Source: a virus (Duplodnaviria; Caudoviricetes). Taken from it: a DNA stretch of 64,000 nt. Within the stretch, counting starts at the first letter, position 1, and each line of letters begins with the position of its first letter. The notes beneath the pieces are model-generated. The model was not told the DNA's origin. It searched no databases and saw only the letters and a list, made by a program, of their open reading frames with translations. Below, one piece after another: positions 9,034 to 19,816 of the stretch. Made by a program: the position numbers and the translations under genes. The stretch covers positions 128,001 to 192,000 of IMG/VR virus record IMGVR_UViG_3300050156_000143; one strand, written 5' to 3'.

Positions 9034-11550
9034 ATGGACGAAAATCTAAGTGCAGCAATGGAAGACTTTCTGCGAGTCTGTCAAGACGGTGAGAAACAGC
9101 TTCGAGACAATTCTGCTAGTAAGGCTTTGGCTGCACTTGAAGCGGACGTTGAGGAAAAGAAGAAAAAACTATTCCAATTCATGAAAGACGGTGTTGGTCA
9201 CGCAACCAACAAGGGAATAGAGTTTGGTAAAACCATGAACTCTGCCACGGCAGGTTCTACCAAATATGCCCACGTTGTTTCAGAATTTGGATATGGTCTA
9301 CAAAATTTAGTAGGCAATATTGGTGGTATGACTTCCCTCATTGGGGGCGGCGTTATCTTTGCATTGTATAAACTAGTGGCTACCACACTAGAACAAAATG
9401 ACCTAGTGTTGGACAACTATGATAAGTTAGCTGATTTTGGTGCTGCTGGTGCATTTAACGCAGACCAATTGCGAGAAATGTCTCTGCACGCTGGCTACAC
9501 CGTTGCCAAGATGCAAGATGTTACTGGAGCTTTGGGAAAAGTTAATACCAGTTTGCTATATCTTGGCGCATCTTCGGGCGAAGGTATGAAACGATTCTTT
9601 GAATTGGCTGAAACCACTCAAGAAACCAGAAACCAATTCAGATTACTCGGATATTCACAGGCAGAATTGATCGAGGCCCAGGCCGATTATGTCAAGCTAC
9701 AAACATTGATGGGAAGCAAGCGCACTAAAACGATCAAACAAGAACAAACCGCATCTTTGCGCTATGCGGTGGAATTGACTGAGCTTGCGGCATTGACTGG
9801 GAAATCTCGTAAAGACCTCACTGATTTACAACAAAAACAACTGCAAGATGTTGCGTTCAGTATGGCAGTGCAAGAGGCGAATGCAAAAAGTTCCAATCAA
9901 GCTGGTAACAGAATGCTAGAAGCTGCGACTTACATTGAGGCGATCTCTGGCAGTTCAGAATTGGCAGAAGGTGTTAGGCAATTTTTAAGAAACGGTATGG
10001 CCACCAGTGATGCGGGGCAATCTTTACTCAGATTGACTGGTGGGGCAATATCGACGTGGACACGGCAGTTTAAGCGTGGGGACATTGATGCAATAGATTT
10101 GACTCGCAATATCGCCGATTCTTATCGAACCCTGACTGCGACAAATGGTGATGTGGCACAAATGAGTGATGAATTCAGGAAATTCTTGAATCTCACACCA
10201 GAAACCATGCAGCTCATGTCTAGAAAACTGGATATGTCACGCGAAGATGTAACAAAGTTGGTTGAATCGGCAAAAACAAATGCGGGGGATGCACAAAAAG
10301 CTAGATTGGCGATGGACACCACCGAAAATGCGTTGTCCCTAGCATTTGACAATTTGATAAAACTCATTTCTGGGCCGATTAACCAAGGATTTACGGCCAT
10401 GATGAACACTTTTACCTCACTCATCACTGGCATATCTGAGAACAGCTTTTTCAAGCAATTTGTTAATTCAGATATTGCGTTAACTGTTTTCAAAGATGCG
10501 AGTGACGCTTTTTCTGAATATCGCAAATCCAACGAACAAATCGATGCACTAGAAAAAGCTCTTGCTATTCCTGGTAATCAGATTCGCAGAGGGGTGAAAG
10601 AGCGATTAACCGCTGATCTTGCCCGTGCGAGAAAACGTCGTGATGAAGCTGGGAAATATCTTAATCAACACGCTGTCACTACCGTGACTCCAAAACAGAC
10701 GGTTGGGGCAAACGGTAAAAACGCCCCCGTGGCAGAAGATATGCCCACCAGTCAGCCATCATCTACGCCCAGTGGCATTAAAACTGGCGCACCAGGGGCT
10801 GAACAGTTGATGCAACTTATTGGAACAGCTTCAAAAACAGATTTCAGTAAAGAGTCACGTGTCAAAATCGAAGATGTGTTTGAGTTTGGTGATAACACGG
10901 GTAGCAAAGATAATTTTCTAAAACTGGACGCGGATTTGAAGTCCAGGATGACCAATCTTGCGGAAATATATTTTAAAAGCACTGGGCAAAAAATTAAGAT
11001 AAACAGTGCTTTTAGAACCTTTGAGGATCAACTGCGGATTGCTGGTGATCCAAAATCTGCGGGGGCAAAATATGATATTGCCAAACCAGGACATAGTTAC
11101 CACGAACTTGGTCAAGCGGTGGATATTGACCAAGACCAAGCAAATTATCTGGAATCATCTGGTATTTTGGGGAAAGCTGGACTCAAACGTCCAGTTAAAA
11201 CTGATCCTGTGCATATTCAAAAGGCGCGAAACGGCGGCGTGTTCAATGGGCCAATGAGTGGTTATCCAATGGAATTTCACGGTTTGGAGGCAGTGGTTCC
11301 ATTGCCCAATGGGCATACCATCCCCGTGTCCATAGACCTTGGCCAAGAATTGATGAAAGCGGCTCAGACAGAGGAGCAAACCGCATCTAACCTCCAATCC
11401 GGTGCCAATGTGGAAACCGTGATCCAAGAGGTTGCCAACCCTTCTCAACCACTTTTGGCCATGTTGTCTGAACAATTGGCAATTGTGTTGGAGAAACTCA
11501 AAGACAACACCAGAATACAACAACAACTTGAGAGGCACCTGGGCGCATGA
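9034..11550 (+). CDS. Tape-measure-like tail protein with C-terminal peptidase M15-type (LAS) domain
   Basis: Long helical N-terminal region; INSAFRTFEDQ..KPGHSYHELGQAVDI (SxHxxGxAxD); terminal GGVFNGPMSGYPMEFHG.EAVVPL. Confidence 0.7.
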   Translation: MDENLSAAMEDFLRVCQDGEKQLRDNSASKALAALEADVEEKKKKLFQFMKDGVGHATNKGIEFGKTMNSATAGSTKYAHVVSEFGYGLQNLVGNIGGMTSLIGGGVIFALYKLVATTLEQNDLVLDNYDKLADFGAAGAFNADQLREMSLHAGYTVAKMQDVTGALGKVNTSLLYLGASSGEGMKRFFELAETTQETRNQFRLLGYSQAELIEAQADYVKLQTLMGSKRTKTIKQEQTASLRYAVELTELAALTGKSRKDLTDLQQKQLQDVAFSMAVQEANAKSSNQAGNRMLEAATYIEAISGSSELAEGVRQFLRNGMATSDAGQSLLRLTGGAISTWTRQFKRGDIDAIDLTRNIADSYRTLTATNGDVAQMSDEFRKFLNLTPETMQLMSRKLDMSREDVTKLVESAKTNAGDAQKARLAMDTTENALSLAFDNLIKLISGPINQGFTAMMNTFTSLITGISENSFFKQFVNSDIALTVFKDASDAFSEYRKSNEQIDALEKALAIPGNQIRRGVKERLTADLARARKRRDEAGKYLNQHAVTTVTPKQTVGANGKNAPVAEDMPTSQPSSTPSGIKTGAPGAEQLMQLIGTASKTDFSKESRVKIEDVFEFGDNTGSKDNFLKLDADLKSRMTNLAEIYFKSTGQKIKINSAFRTFEDQLRIAGDPKSAGAKYDIAKPGHSYHELGQAVDIDQDQANYLESSGILGKAGLKRPVKTDPVHIQKARNGGVFNGPMSGYPMEFHGLEAVVPLPNGHTIPVSIDLGQELMKAAQTEEQTASNLQSGANVETVIQEVANPSQPLLAMLSEQLAIVLEKLKDNTRIQQQLERHLGA

Positions 11551-14030
11551 CCGAACACGAATTGAGAGAACTGAGTTATCAATTTGACAGACTCACTCGC
11601 GCCCTAAAAGGCAACACTGACGCTGCTTCAGAGATAAAAAAGACCGAATATCAAACTGCTAAAAAAATCGTTGATATAAAACTCGGTGGCGTGCGAGTAA
11701 CTAAACAGTCGTTCAAATCGTTGTATGACTTGGGCGATGTCATGTTGTCCAATTCAAATGATCTAGGCCGATATGGCAAAGTGGTGAACACTCTGGCCAA
11801 GAATTTGGGGCAGGTTGCGGGCCAACATGGGAGACAGGGAATAGTCATCGGCGCATCTATCAAGGTGCTTGGATCGTTTGTTTCCGCGATAACAGATCAA
11901 TTTAAGGCCACTCTTGCTGCACATGATGTTCTTGCAAAACATGGCGCCACCTTGCAGATCAACAGTAACCAACTTCTGCAATCAGCAAATGCGTCTATGT
12001 TTACGTCTAAAACATTGGAACAACTTGCAAACACCGTTGGCAAACTTGGCCCAAATTTGTTATCCATCGATTCCACCACTTCTGGCGCCACTTATAAGTT
12101 CATACAGTTGGCCAACGTTGGCCGAGAGGTTACCAATGAATTCAGTAATGTCGGCATAGAACAACAAAAATTGGCGGAATTGCAAGCAAACTATCTGGGG
12201 CAACAGACATTCTTGGGATTGCCCCTTGAAAAAAATGTTGATACAGAACGCATAGCAAGTTTGGCCTATGTTGACAACATTTTGATGCTCACCCAGTTGA
12301 CTGGAAATTCAAAACAAGAACTGGTGGAAAAACTTGCCGCACAAAAGCGTGATGTGGCCTTTTCGTTGAAATTGGCACAGTATCAGCAAAATGGTGACAT
12401 AGCAACAGTCACCAGACTCCAAAACGCTGAAGTGCTGATGCAGTCATTTGGCGACGATTATGCAGCAGGTGTGAGAGACATAATCACGAACTTCACTGCC
12501 ACCACAGAGGAGGGAAAAACGTTACTCGGATTAACCAATGGCCAAATCGTTGGGTGGTCACACTTATTGACCGATGGCAAGATTTCTGAGGAAGAATATG
12601 CTAGACGGGTAGCGTTAGCATTTGAAGCAAAAAAACAACTATATGGTAGCTCCGTGGGTGTCGGGTTCATGGGAGACACGGTGGCTAGATCACTGGGCAT
12701 CACATCACGAGCGCAAGAGGCGTCTATTGCCGCTTTATCGGGTAGAACCACAGTTGAGGCAAGACAGCGGCTATCTGAATCCAAAAAACACGGTGATTCA
12801 CTGAATGCCAGTAGAAACGCTCAATTGAATGCAGAACGTACTCTCGGAACAGCGATGGACAAATTGCTGGCATCGGCTGGCAAACCTGCTGCATCAGCTT
12901 TTCAAATGTTGGCTGATTTGACTGTAGGAACCATTCGGATCGTTGCAAAAACAGTGCAAATGTTTGGGGGAGAATTGTTCGACGGTGTGGATAGGTTTTT
13001 ATACACTGTGCCAGAAATTAAGGAACAAATTGCCGACATCACTGATTCCATTTTGAAATCAAATGTGGGGATACAAAAGCAGGAGAAAATTGTTGAAAAG
13101 TTTTCTCAATTTCTATTAGACGATCCACTTAATTATGAACTAAATGCTGAGTTGTCAAACGAGCAAGACAAGTTAGAAACGCTGAGGAGTAAGCGTGCCA
13201 AACTTGAAAAAACCCGTGAGCAAAAGGAAAAAACACTTGCTGAATTATCGGCCCAACAAAATGACCCGGCAAAGTTAGAGCAAGTTTCCCAAACTAGAAC
13301 CTCATCGGTTAAGAAATTATTGGACTACATAGGTGGACTTGAATCAGGCGGAAATTACAACGTGGTCAACGGTGGGTCTCGGTACAATTTAACCGAAATG
13401 ACAGTGGGTGAGGTGATCAGCTTGCAAGACAAAATTGTGGCTAACGGGGGCCAATCTGCTGCGGGAAAATATCAAATCAAAAAATCTACACTCCAAGGAT
13501 TGGTCAATAGCGGAGTGGTATCGTATCGTCAAAAGTTCAATGAATCTACTCAGGATATTCTTGGGGAAAGTTTGCTGAAGCGTCGTGGGTATGACAAGTT
13601 TCAGCAAGCCCATGATTATGAATCTTTTGCTGATAGCTTGGCGGCAGAGTGGGCAGGATTACCAACCCGGTCAGGTAAATCATACTACCAAGGTGTGGGC
13701 AATAATAAAGCACTCGATTCAAGAGCCAATTTCATCAACGTACTTAAAGCGAAAAATGGCGGGGTATTCGACGGCCCAATGAGTGGGTATCCGATGGAGC
13801 TTCACGGGAAAGAGGCTGTGGTTCCACTAACTTCGGAACACACCATTCCAGTGAAATTACCTTTGCCCAAAGTTGAACCCAAAATGGACAACACGGTGCG
13901 CAAGGTGGTTAAACAAGTTGCAATACAACTGGACATCACCGAGTTGCTAAAGTTGATAAAACAGGTCGGCGAGGAGATCGACAAAAGCACTGCAATACAA
14001 ACTCACATACTGAGACAAGTCCGTAACTAA
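11547..14030 (+). CDS. Tape-measure-like tail protein with C-terminal lysozyme-like domain
   Basis: Paralogous N-terminal region; IGGLESGGNYN..AAGKYQI..LAAEWAGLP; same terminal GGVFDGPMSGYPMELHG.EAVVPL motif. Confidence 0.7.
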   Translation: MTEHELRELSYQFDRLTRALKGNTDAASEIKKTEYQTAKKIVDIKLGGVRVTKQSFKSLYDLGDVMLSNSNDLGRYGKVVNTLAKNLGQVAGQHGRQGIVIGASIKVLGSFVSAITDQFKATLAAHDVLAKHGATLQINSNQLLQSANASMFTSKTLEQLANTVGKLGPNLLSIDSTTSGATYKFIQLANVGREVTNEFSNVGIEQQKLAELQANYLGQQTFLGLPLEKNVDTERIASLAYVDNILMLTQLTGNSKQELVEKLAAQKRDVAFSLKLAQYQQNGDIATVTRLQNAEVLMQSFGDDYAAGVRDIITNFTATTEEGKTLLGLTNGQIVGWSHLLTDGKISEEEYARRVALAFEAKKQLYGSSVGVGFMGDTVARSLGITSRAQEASIAALSGRTTVEARQRLSESKKHGDSLNASRNAQLNAERTLGTAMDKLLASAGKPAASAFQMLADLTVGTIRIVAKTVQMFGGELFDGVDRFLYTVPEIKEQIADITDSILKSNVGIQKQEKIVEKFSQFLLDDPLNYELNAELSNEQDKLETLRSKRAKLEKTREQKEKTLAELSAQQNDPAKLEQVSQTRTSSVKKLLDYIGGLESGGNYNVVNGGSRYNLTEMTVGEVISLQDKIVANGGQSAAGKYQIKKSTLQGLVNSGVVSYRQKFNESTQDILGESLLKRRGYDKFQQAHDYESFADSLAAEWAGLPTRSGKSYYQGVGNNKALDSRANFINVLKAKNGGVFDGPMSGYPMELHGKEAVVPLTSEHTIPVKLPLPKVEPKMDNTVRKVVKQVAIQLDITELLKLIKQVGEEIDKSTAIQTHILRQVRN

Positions 14031-14037
14031 ATACGGA

Positions 14038-15759
14038 ATGTATAAAAAACGGTTTTCTAGTGTAAATTCAACTGGGTCATTTTCTCCAATCTCTGGTGGG
14101 CGAGGATATGGAGCAACTGAAGCATTTGGATTTGCAAACTGGCAATCCCAATTACCAGAAGTTTACACCGGACACCCGAATCGAGTTGAGCGATACAACC
14201 AGTATGAGTTGATGGATTATGACCCAGAGATTAACTCATGTTTGGATATTATCGCTGAATTGTCCACCCAGAGAAATGATCGCAATAACACCCCGTTTGA
14301 CATAACCTTTAATGAAGACCCGACCCCGCATGAAGTTGAACTCATTGGGAAACAGTTGAAGCAATGGTGCAAACTCAATGAGTTTGATCTGAGAACTTTC
14401 AAATTGTTTCGCAACTGTTTGAAATATGGTGATCAGGTTTTTCTTCGTGACCCAGAGACTTTTAAGCTGAACTGGGTAGACATGACCAAAGTGGTCAAAG
14501 TCATCGTGAGCGAATCTGAGGGAAAACTGCCAGTTCAATATGTTATTCGGGATATAAACCCAAATCTACAAAACTTGACTGTCGCCTCAAAGACCACTAA
14601 AGACTTTGGCACAGCAAGTATTGCTAACGCTGGTGCCACTACTCCCAATAATTTTACATCCCCTGGCGGAAACATTGGCCCAGGTGGATCACGTTTTCAG
14701 CACAGTATAAGCGAAGGTGCAATCGATGCTGAACATATTGTGCATCTTAGCTTGACCGAAGGTTTGGACAGGTTTTGGCCATTTGGTCAATCAATTTTAG
14801 AAAACGTCTTCAAAGTATTCAAACAAAAACAGCTCATTGAAGACGCCATTTTGATTTACCGGATTCAGCGTGCGCCTGAACGTAGAAAATTTACTGTGCA
14901 TACTGGAACTTTGCCAAACCATTTGGCAATGGCGCATTTAGAGCGTATGAAAAATGAGGCGCACCAGCGTCGTATACCGTCGCTCAGTGGTGGGCAAGCC
15001 ACGATGGATGCAACGTACAACCCGTTGTCCATCAATGAAGATTATTGGTTCGCACGTGACCAAGAGGGTAAAGGCATGGATGTGGAAATCATGCCAGGTG
15101 GCCAAAACCTTGGTGAAATCACCGACTTAAAATATTTCACAAACCAGCTTGCGCGTGGCCTGCGAGTGCCAAGCTCATACCTACCTTCTGGCACAGAGGA
15201 AAGTTCAACTGCGATGCACGATGGGCGTGTTGGTACTGCGCTAATCCAAGAAAGTCAGTTCAACAACTATTGCCAAAGACAGCAACGGTTCATTTGCAAA
15301 AAACTCAATGAGGAGTTTAAGTTATTTTTGAACTGGCGTGGTTTCAACATCGACTCATCGTTGTTCGACATTAATTTCACCGTGCCCCAAAATTTTGCTG
15401 CATATCGGCAATCCGAGCTTGACTCGGCCCGTGTTAGCACTTTTATGAGCATGGAAGCATTACCTTATATGTCCAAGCGTTTTGCACTAGAAAAATATAT
15501 GTGCATGTCGCAAGAAGATATTAAACGCAATGAATCAATGTGGCATGAAGAAAGAAACACACCCGCCAAAGAAACCCCCAAAGGTACAGATATGAGAGGC
15601 ATTGGCATTTCGTCGGGGGATATCGGTTCTGATGCCGATTTGGCAGACGATTTACTTCAACCTGAAGAACCGTTTGGAGGCCCGATGGCCCAGGACATGG
15701 GCATGGAGCCGCCATTAGCGCCGCCTCAAGGTAGTGCGCAACCAACCCCGGAATTATAA
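14038..15759 (+). CDS. Portal protein, T4 gp20-like
   Basis: LEDAILIYRIQRAPERRKF, EDYWF.R..GKG..VE.MPGGQNLGEI.D.KYF..LARGLRVP.S; TAAATA-N4-ATG. Confidence 0.93.
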   Translation: MYKKRFSSVNSTGSFSPISGGRGYGATEAFGFANWQSQLPEVYTGHPNRVERYNQYELMDYDPEINSCLDIIAELSTQRNDRNNTPFDITFNEDPTPHEVELIGKQLKQWCKLNEFDLRTFKLFRNCLKYGDQVFLRDPETFKLNWVDMTKVVKVIVSESEGKLPVQYVIRDINPNLQNLTVASKTTKDFGTASIANAGATTPNNFTSPGGNIGPGGSRFQHSISEGAIDAEHIVHLSLTEGLDRFWPFGQSILENVFKVFKQKQLIEDAILIYRIQRAPERRKFTVHTGTLPNHLAMAHLERMKNEAHQRRIPSLSGGQATMDATYNPLSINEDYWFARDQEGKGMDVEIMPGGQNLGEITDLKYFTNQLARGLRVPSSYLPSGTEESSTAMHDGRVGTALIQESQFNNYCQRQQRFICKKLNEEFKLFLNWRGFNIDSSLFDINFTVPQNFAAYRQSELDSARVSTFMSMEALPYMSKRFALEKYMCMSQEDIKRNESMWHEERNTPAKETPKGTDMRGIGISSGDIGSDADLADDLLQPEEPFGGPMAQDMGMEPPLAPPQGSAQPTPEL

Positions 15760-15762
15760 AGT

Positions 15763-15984
15763 ATGAAACTGTATGAAATGTTTAACCAGCCCGTGCAGGG
15801 TTATCAAGACCTCGGGGGGGACAACTCCAGAGTCCGATGGGCTGATGCTCGCAAGACAAAACTAACTTTGCGCCAAATTCGCAAACTGCGAAAGATGCAC
15901 GATGTTAGAAATTATGAACGCTCACGGTATTTGGAAAAGGTTAGAAATCAATATCAACCCGCCCAACAAGCACCAGCGTTTTAG
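15763..15984 (+). CDS. Small basic head-morphogenesis protein
   Basis: Between portal and protease; RKTKLTLRQIRKLRKM; begins MKLYE. Confidence 0.7.
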   Translation: MKLYEMFNQPVQGYQDLGGDNSRVRWADARKTKLTLRQIRKLRKMHDVRNYERSRYLEKVRNQYQPAQQAPAF

Positions 15985-16058
15985 CCAAATTGTAGCTTAA
16001 ATGCAGCAAACAGTTGCTTACTGCTACATATAGATATTAACTGCCATTAAAAGGAGAT

Positions 16059-16781
16059 TTGATAATGGACAAACTGTATAAGAAATTGATGGAAGCCGTG
16101 GTTAGCGATGACCCAAGCGCGAAAGACCATACCCACAAGATTTTTGTGAACATTTCCCGCGAGATTTATGAATCACTGGAAATGGAAGATCGTGGCGATG
16201 AAGTTGGCGACATGATCGACGATGTTAAATCCGATGAAACTGGCCTAGACGCTGATGTTGACGATACCGATGACGATATTGGTTTTGAAGACCCTGAGTT
16301 TGAAACTGACCCAGACGATGTTGATCCCGATGACTCCGACGATCTGGAAGACCGTGTGATCGACCTTGAAGACGAGCTTGATCGCCTGCAAGCCGAGTTT
16401 GAAGAACTGATGGCTAAGGAAGAAGGCGAGCACGCTGAGTTTGAGGATTCTGATCTTGAAGACGATGCTGATCTAGAAGATGAAGACGATGAATTCGACG
16501 ACGAGGATGATGACCATTTGTCTGAAGCAATCGAGCTAAAGAAGATCACCCCGTCTTACCCTGCGGTGGCTGGTAACACCAAGAGCACAGTGGCATCGGC
16601 AAACAAGATTGGCGGACATGGTAAGCCAGTTAACTTCTCATCTACTGCTGAAAAAGGCCGTGTTGCACCTACCCCCAAACAGTTGGGAGCAATGTCTTAC
16701 GAAAATTCCCCAGGTCGCAATCCAAAGTTGCATCCAGTTTCTAAGACCACCGTTAAGGAATCGACCAAGCGTCGTAAGTAA
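16059..16781 (+). CDS. Highly acidic prohead core/scaffold-like protein
   Basis: D/E-rich tract; L-x-E protease sites; position in the head operon. Confidence 0.7.
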   Translation: MIMDKLYKKLMEAVVSDDPSAKDHTHKIFVNISREIYESLEMEDRGDEVGDMIDDVKSDETGLDADVDDTDDDIGFEDPEFETDPDDVDPDDSDDLEDRVIDLEDELDRLQAEFEELMAKEEGEHAEFEDSDLEDDADLEDEDDEFDDEDDDHLSEAIELKKITPSYPAVAGNTKSTVASANKIGGHGKPVNFSSTAEKGRVAPTPKQLGAMSYENSPGRNPKLHPVSKTTVKESTKRRK

Positions 16782-16783
16782 TA

Positions 16784-17422
16784 ATGGCAGGCTATCTCAG
16801 AGAGCAATTGTCGTTTGACCGGGCGAATATGGTAATTGAATCCATATCGGACAATGACAACAAAAAGAGTCTGTATATGAAGGGCATTTTCATTCAAGGG
16901 AATGTGCGTAATCACAATCAGCGCGTATACCCTTCGAGTGAAATTAAAGTGGCCGTCAATACGCTCAATCAGCAAATTACTTCTGGGTATAGCGTTTGGG
17001 GTGAATTAGACCACCCAGATGATGTCACGATTAATCTAGACCGGGCTTCCCACATGATAACCAAAATGTGGATGGATGGCCCGGACGGTTATGGACAACT
17101 CAAGATTATTCCCACACCTATGGGGGAAATCGTGAGAGTCATGATTGAATCTGGTGGAAAACTTGGTGTATCAAGTCGTGGAACAGGGGATGTGGATTAT
17201 TTATCCGGCAAAGTAAGCGGATTTAAAATTACCACAGTTGACATCGTGGCTCAACCATCGGCTCCAGATGCTTATCCACGTGCAATTTACGAATCTCTGA
17301 TGAACATGAAATATGGGCACAGAGTTCCCGATATGGCCAAAGATGCGCTAATTAACCCTAACATGCAGAAATTTCTCAAAACAGAGGTTATTAGGCTAAT
17401 AAATGAGCTTAAAGTTAAATAA
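16784..17422 (+). CDS. Prohead core protease, T4 gp21-like
   Basis: GIFIQGNVRNHNQRVYP, GELDHP, LGVSSRG.G, DIVAQPSAPDAY. Confidence 0.95.
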   Translation: MAGYLREQLSFDRANMVIESISDNDNKKSLYMKGIFIQGNVRNHNQRVYPSSEIKVAVNTLNQQITSGYSVWGELDHPDDVTINLDRASHMITKMWMDGPDGYGQLKIIPTPMGEIVRVMIESGGKLGVSSRGTGDVDYLSGKVSGFKITTVDIVAQPSAPDAYPRAIYESLMNMKYGHRVPDMAKDALINPNMQKFLKTEVIRLINELKVK

Positions 17423-17443
17423 CATCAATATGAAAGGTAAAGC

Positions 17444-18547
17444 ATGAAGAATGATGCGTTTAAGCCACTTTTGGAATCGGGCATCATCAATAAAGAAACT
17501 CACCAAGCTATCACGGAAGCGTGGGATTCAAAATTGATGGAAGCACGTGAAGAAGTGCGCGCTGAATTGCGTGCTGAGTTTGCACAGCGACACGAACATG
17601 ACACCAAAGTTATGTCGGAAGCTCTTGACAAGATGATCCGTGAAAACATGGAATCTGAGATTCGGGAATTCCGTGAAGATCGCAAGATGATTGCTGAAGA
17701 TCGCGTGAAAGCTCAACGAATGGTACGGGAAAACGTGGGTAAGGTCAATGACTTCATCTTGCTGCGTTTGTCGGAAGAAATTAAAGAACTGCGTGCTGAA
17801 CGCCAACAATTAAAAGAATCTCAGCACAAGTTGGAGCAATTTGTCATCAAAGCTCTGGCTGAAGAAATCAAAGAATTTTCACAAGACAAGCGTGCTGTGG
17901 TCGAAGCTAAAGTCAAACTGGTGCGAGAAGGTAAGCAAAAGATTGCTGAAACTCAGGCCAAATTTGTTGCCGAAAATGCAGCGAAAGTTAAGCGTTTTGT
18001 TACTCAGCACATGAAGCGGGAAATGGGTCAGCTCAAAGAAGACATTAAGCAAGCCAAGGAAAACAATTTTGGCCGCAAGATTTTTGAAGCATATATGAGT
18101 GAATTTTCCACTTCATATCTGAATGAAAAAGTTGAAACTAAACGATTGCTAGATCAATTACGAGAATCTCAACACCAACTTTCTGAATCGATTGCTGCAC
18201 AAAAGAAGGCACAGCGACTAATCGAATCTAAAGAATTTGAAATTCGCAAAGTCAAAGAATCGAATGTGCGAGATAAGCAACTCGCAGAATTGACCGGTAG
18301 TTTGAATCCAGAAAAGGCCGCCACTATGCGCAATTTGCTGGAAAACGTTCAAACCGCAAACTTGAAGCGCGAATTTGACAAATACCTTCCAGCAGTGTTG
18401 GACGGTGCTCGCACAAAGTCTCGTATGGTGACTGAAGCTCGCATTGAAGTAACTGGCAATAAAAATGGGGCGGATGTTCTGCCACATTCGAGTGATGAAT
18501 TTGATCGCTTGAAAGAAGAAACCCGCCGCCTGGCTGGGATGAAATAA
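17444..18547 (+). CDS. Prohead core scaffold protein, T4 gp22-like
   Basis: Coiled coil, KENNFGRKIFEAY; between protease and capsid genes. Confidence 0.85.
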   Translation: MKNDAFKPLLESGIINKETHQAITEAWDSKLMEAREEVRAELRAEFAQRHEHDTKVMSEALDKMIRENMESEIREFREDRKMIAEDRVKAQRMVRENVGKVNDFILLRLSEEIKELRAERQQLKESQHKLEQFVIKALAEEIKEFSQDKRAVVEAKVKLVREGKQKIAETQAKFVAENAAKVKRFVTQHMKREMGQLKEDIKQAKENNFGRKIFEAYMSEFSTSYLNEKVETKRLLDQLRESQHQLSESIAAQKKAQRLIESKEFEIRKVKESNVRDKQLAELTGSLNPEKAATMRNLLENVQTANLKREFDKYLPAVLDGARTKSRMVTEARIEVTGNKNGADVLPHSSDEFDRLKEETRRLAGMK

Positions 18548-18570
18548 GACATATCAAAGGAGAATACATT

Positions 18571-19767
18571 ATGTCAAAACTGTTAATCGAAGGCCGTTGG
18601 GGCGAAACTAAAGAAAGTCTGCTGGAAGGTCTGAAGGGCCAACGTCGCAACACCATGTCGGTGCTGCTTGACAACACCCGTCGCACCATGCTTGCAGAAT
18701 CTGCTGCCGGAACTACCACGAGCGGCAATATTGCGACTATCAATCGCGTACTGTTGCCCGTGATTCGTCGGGTGATGCCCACCGTGATCGCAAATGAGAT
18801 CGTTGGCGTGCAACCGATGACCTCTAATGTGGGTCAAATCAACACCATGCGTGTTCGTTATGCCAACTCACTGACTGATTCTAGCTTGACCGCCACGTCT
18901 GTTACTGCTGGTGACGAAGCACTAAGTCCGTTCAAAATTGCGCAAGCATATTCCCGTACCCCGTATGGCACGTCTACTGCCACGGGCTACACCGGCAACA
19001 GCACTGCGTCGTTTGAAGGCAATCCTGGCCGTCAAATTTCGGTCGAAGTGCTCAAGCAAATTGTGGAAGCCAAATCTCGCGCTCTCAGCGCTCGCTGGAC
19101 TTTTGAATCTGCTCAAGATGGTCAAGCCAATATGGGCATTGACATTGAAGCTGAACTCATGGCTGCTCTGGCTCAAGAAATCACTGCTGAAATCGACCAA
19201 GAGATTCTGCAATCTCTGCGTGCGCTTGCTGCTACCGAATTTACGTACAATCAAGCCACTGTGTCTGGTACTGCGACTTTTGTCGGCGATGAACACGCGG
19301 CTCTTGCTGTGCTAATCAATGCTACCGCTAACCGTATCGCTCAACGTACCCGTCGCGGCGCTGCAAACTGGGCGGTGGTTTCGCCAACTTCGCTGACCGT
19401 GTTGCAGTCCGCCACAACTAGCGCGTTTGCTCGTTCGACCGAAGGCACCTTTGAAGCCCCCACCAACACTAAGTTTGTGGGCACGTTGAATGGCGCAATG
19501 CGTATTTTCGTTGACAGCTATGCTTCTGACAGCACCCCGGTGCTGATCGGTTACAAAGGCCCGAATGAGTTTGACGCTGCTGCGTTCTATTGCCCGTACC
19601 AACCTCTGCAATCAGTTGGTGTGGTGATCGATCCTACCACGATGGAACCTGTGACGAGTTTCAAAACTCGATATGGTTACGTCGAACTGTCGAACGTGGC
19701 GTCATCGCTCGGTAACGCTGGCGACTACGTGGGCGAAGTAGCTGTGCAAAACCTGCAATTCAGCTAA
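18571..19767 (+). CDS. Major capsid protein, T4 gp23-like
   Basis: VMPTVIANEIVGVQPMT, KSRALSARWTFE.AQD, IA.RTRRGAAN, YCPY..L, KTRYG. Confidence 0.96.
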   Translation: MSKLLIEGRWGETKESLLEGLKGQRRNTMSVLLDNTRRTMLAESAAGTTTSGNIATINRVLLPVIRRVMPTVIANEIVGVQPMTSNVGQINTMRVRYANSLTDSSLTATSVTAGDEALSPFKIAQAYSRTPYGTSTATGYTGNSTASFEGNPGRQISVEVLKQIVEAKSRALSARWTFESAQDGQANMGIDIEAELMAALAQEITAEIDQEILQSLRALAATEFTYNQATVSGTATFVGDEHAALAVLINATANRIAQRTRRGAANWAVVSPTSLTVLQSATTSAFARSTEGTFEAPTNTKFVGTLNGAMRIFVDSYASDSTPVLIGYKGPNEFDAAAFYCPYQPLQSVGVVIDPTTMEPVTSFKTRYGYVELSNVASSLGNAGDYVGEVAVQNLQFS

Positions 19768-19791
19768 TCCACAACGGTTTTTTGTAAGTAT

Positions 19792-19816
19792 AAAAAGGGG
19801 CATATGCCCCTTTTTT
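19792..19816. terminator. Bidirectional intrinsic terminator
   Basis: aaaaaggggc-atat-gcccctttttt between convergent genes. Confidence 0.85.

Noticed and set aside
16166-16549. Ser-rich 127-aa minus ORF and apparent repeats
   Set aside because: Reverse reading of the Asp/Glu-rich scaffold gene; low complexity, not a repeat array.
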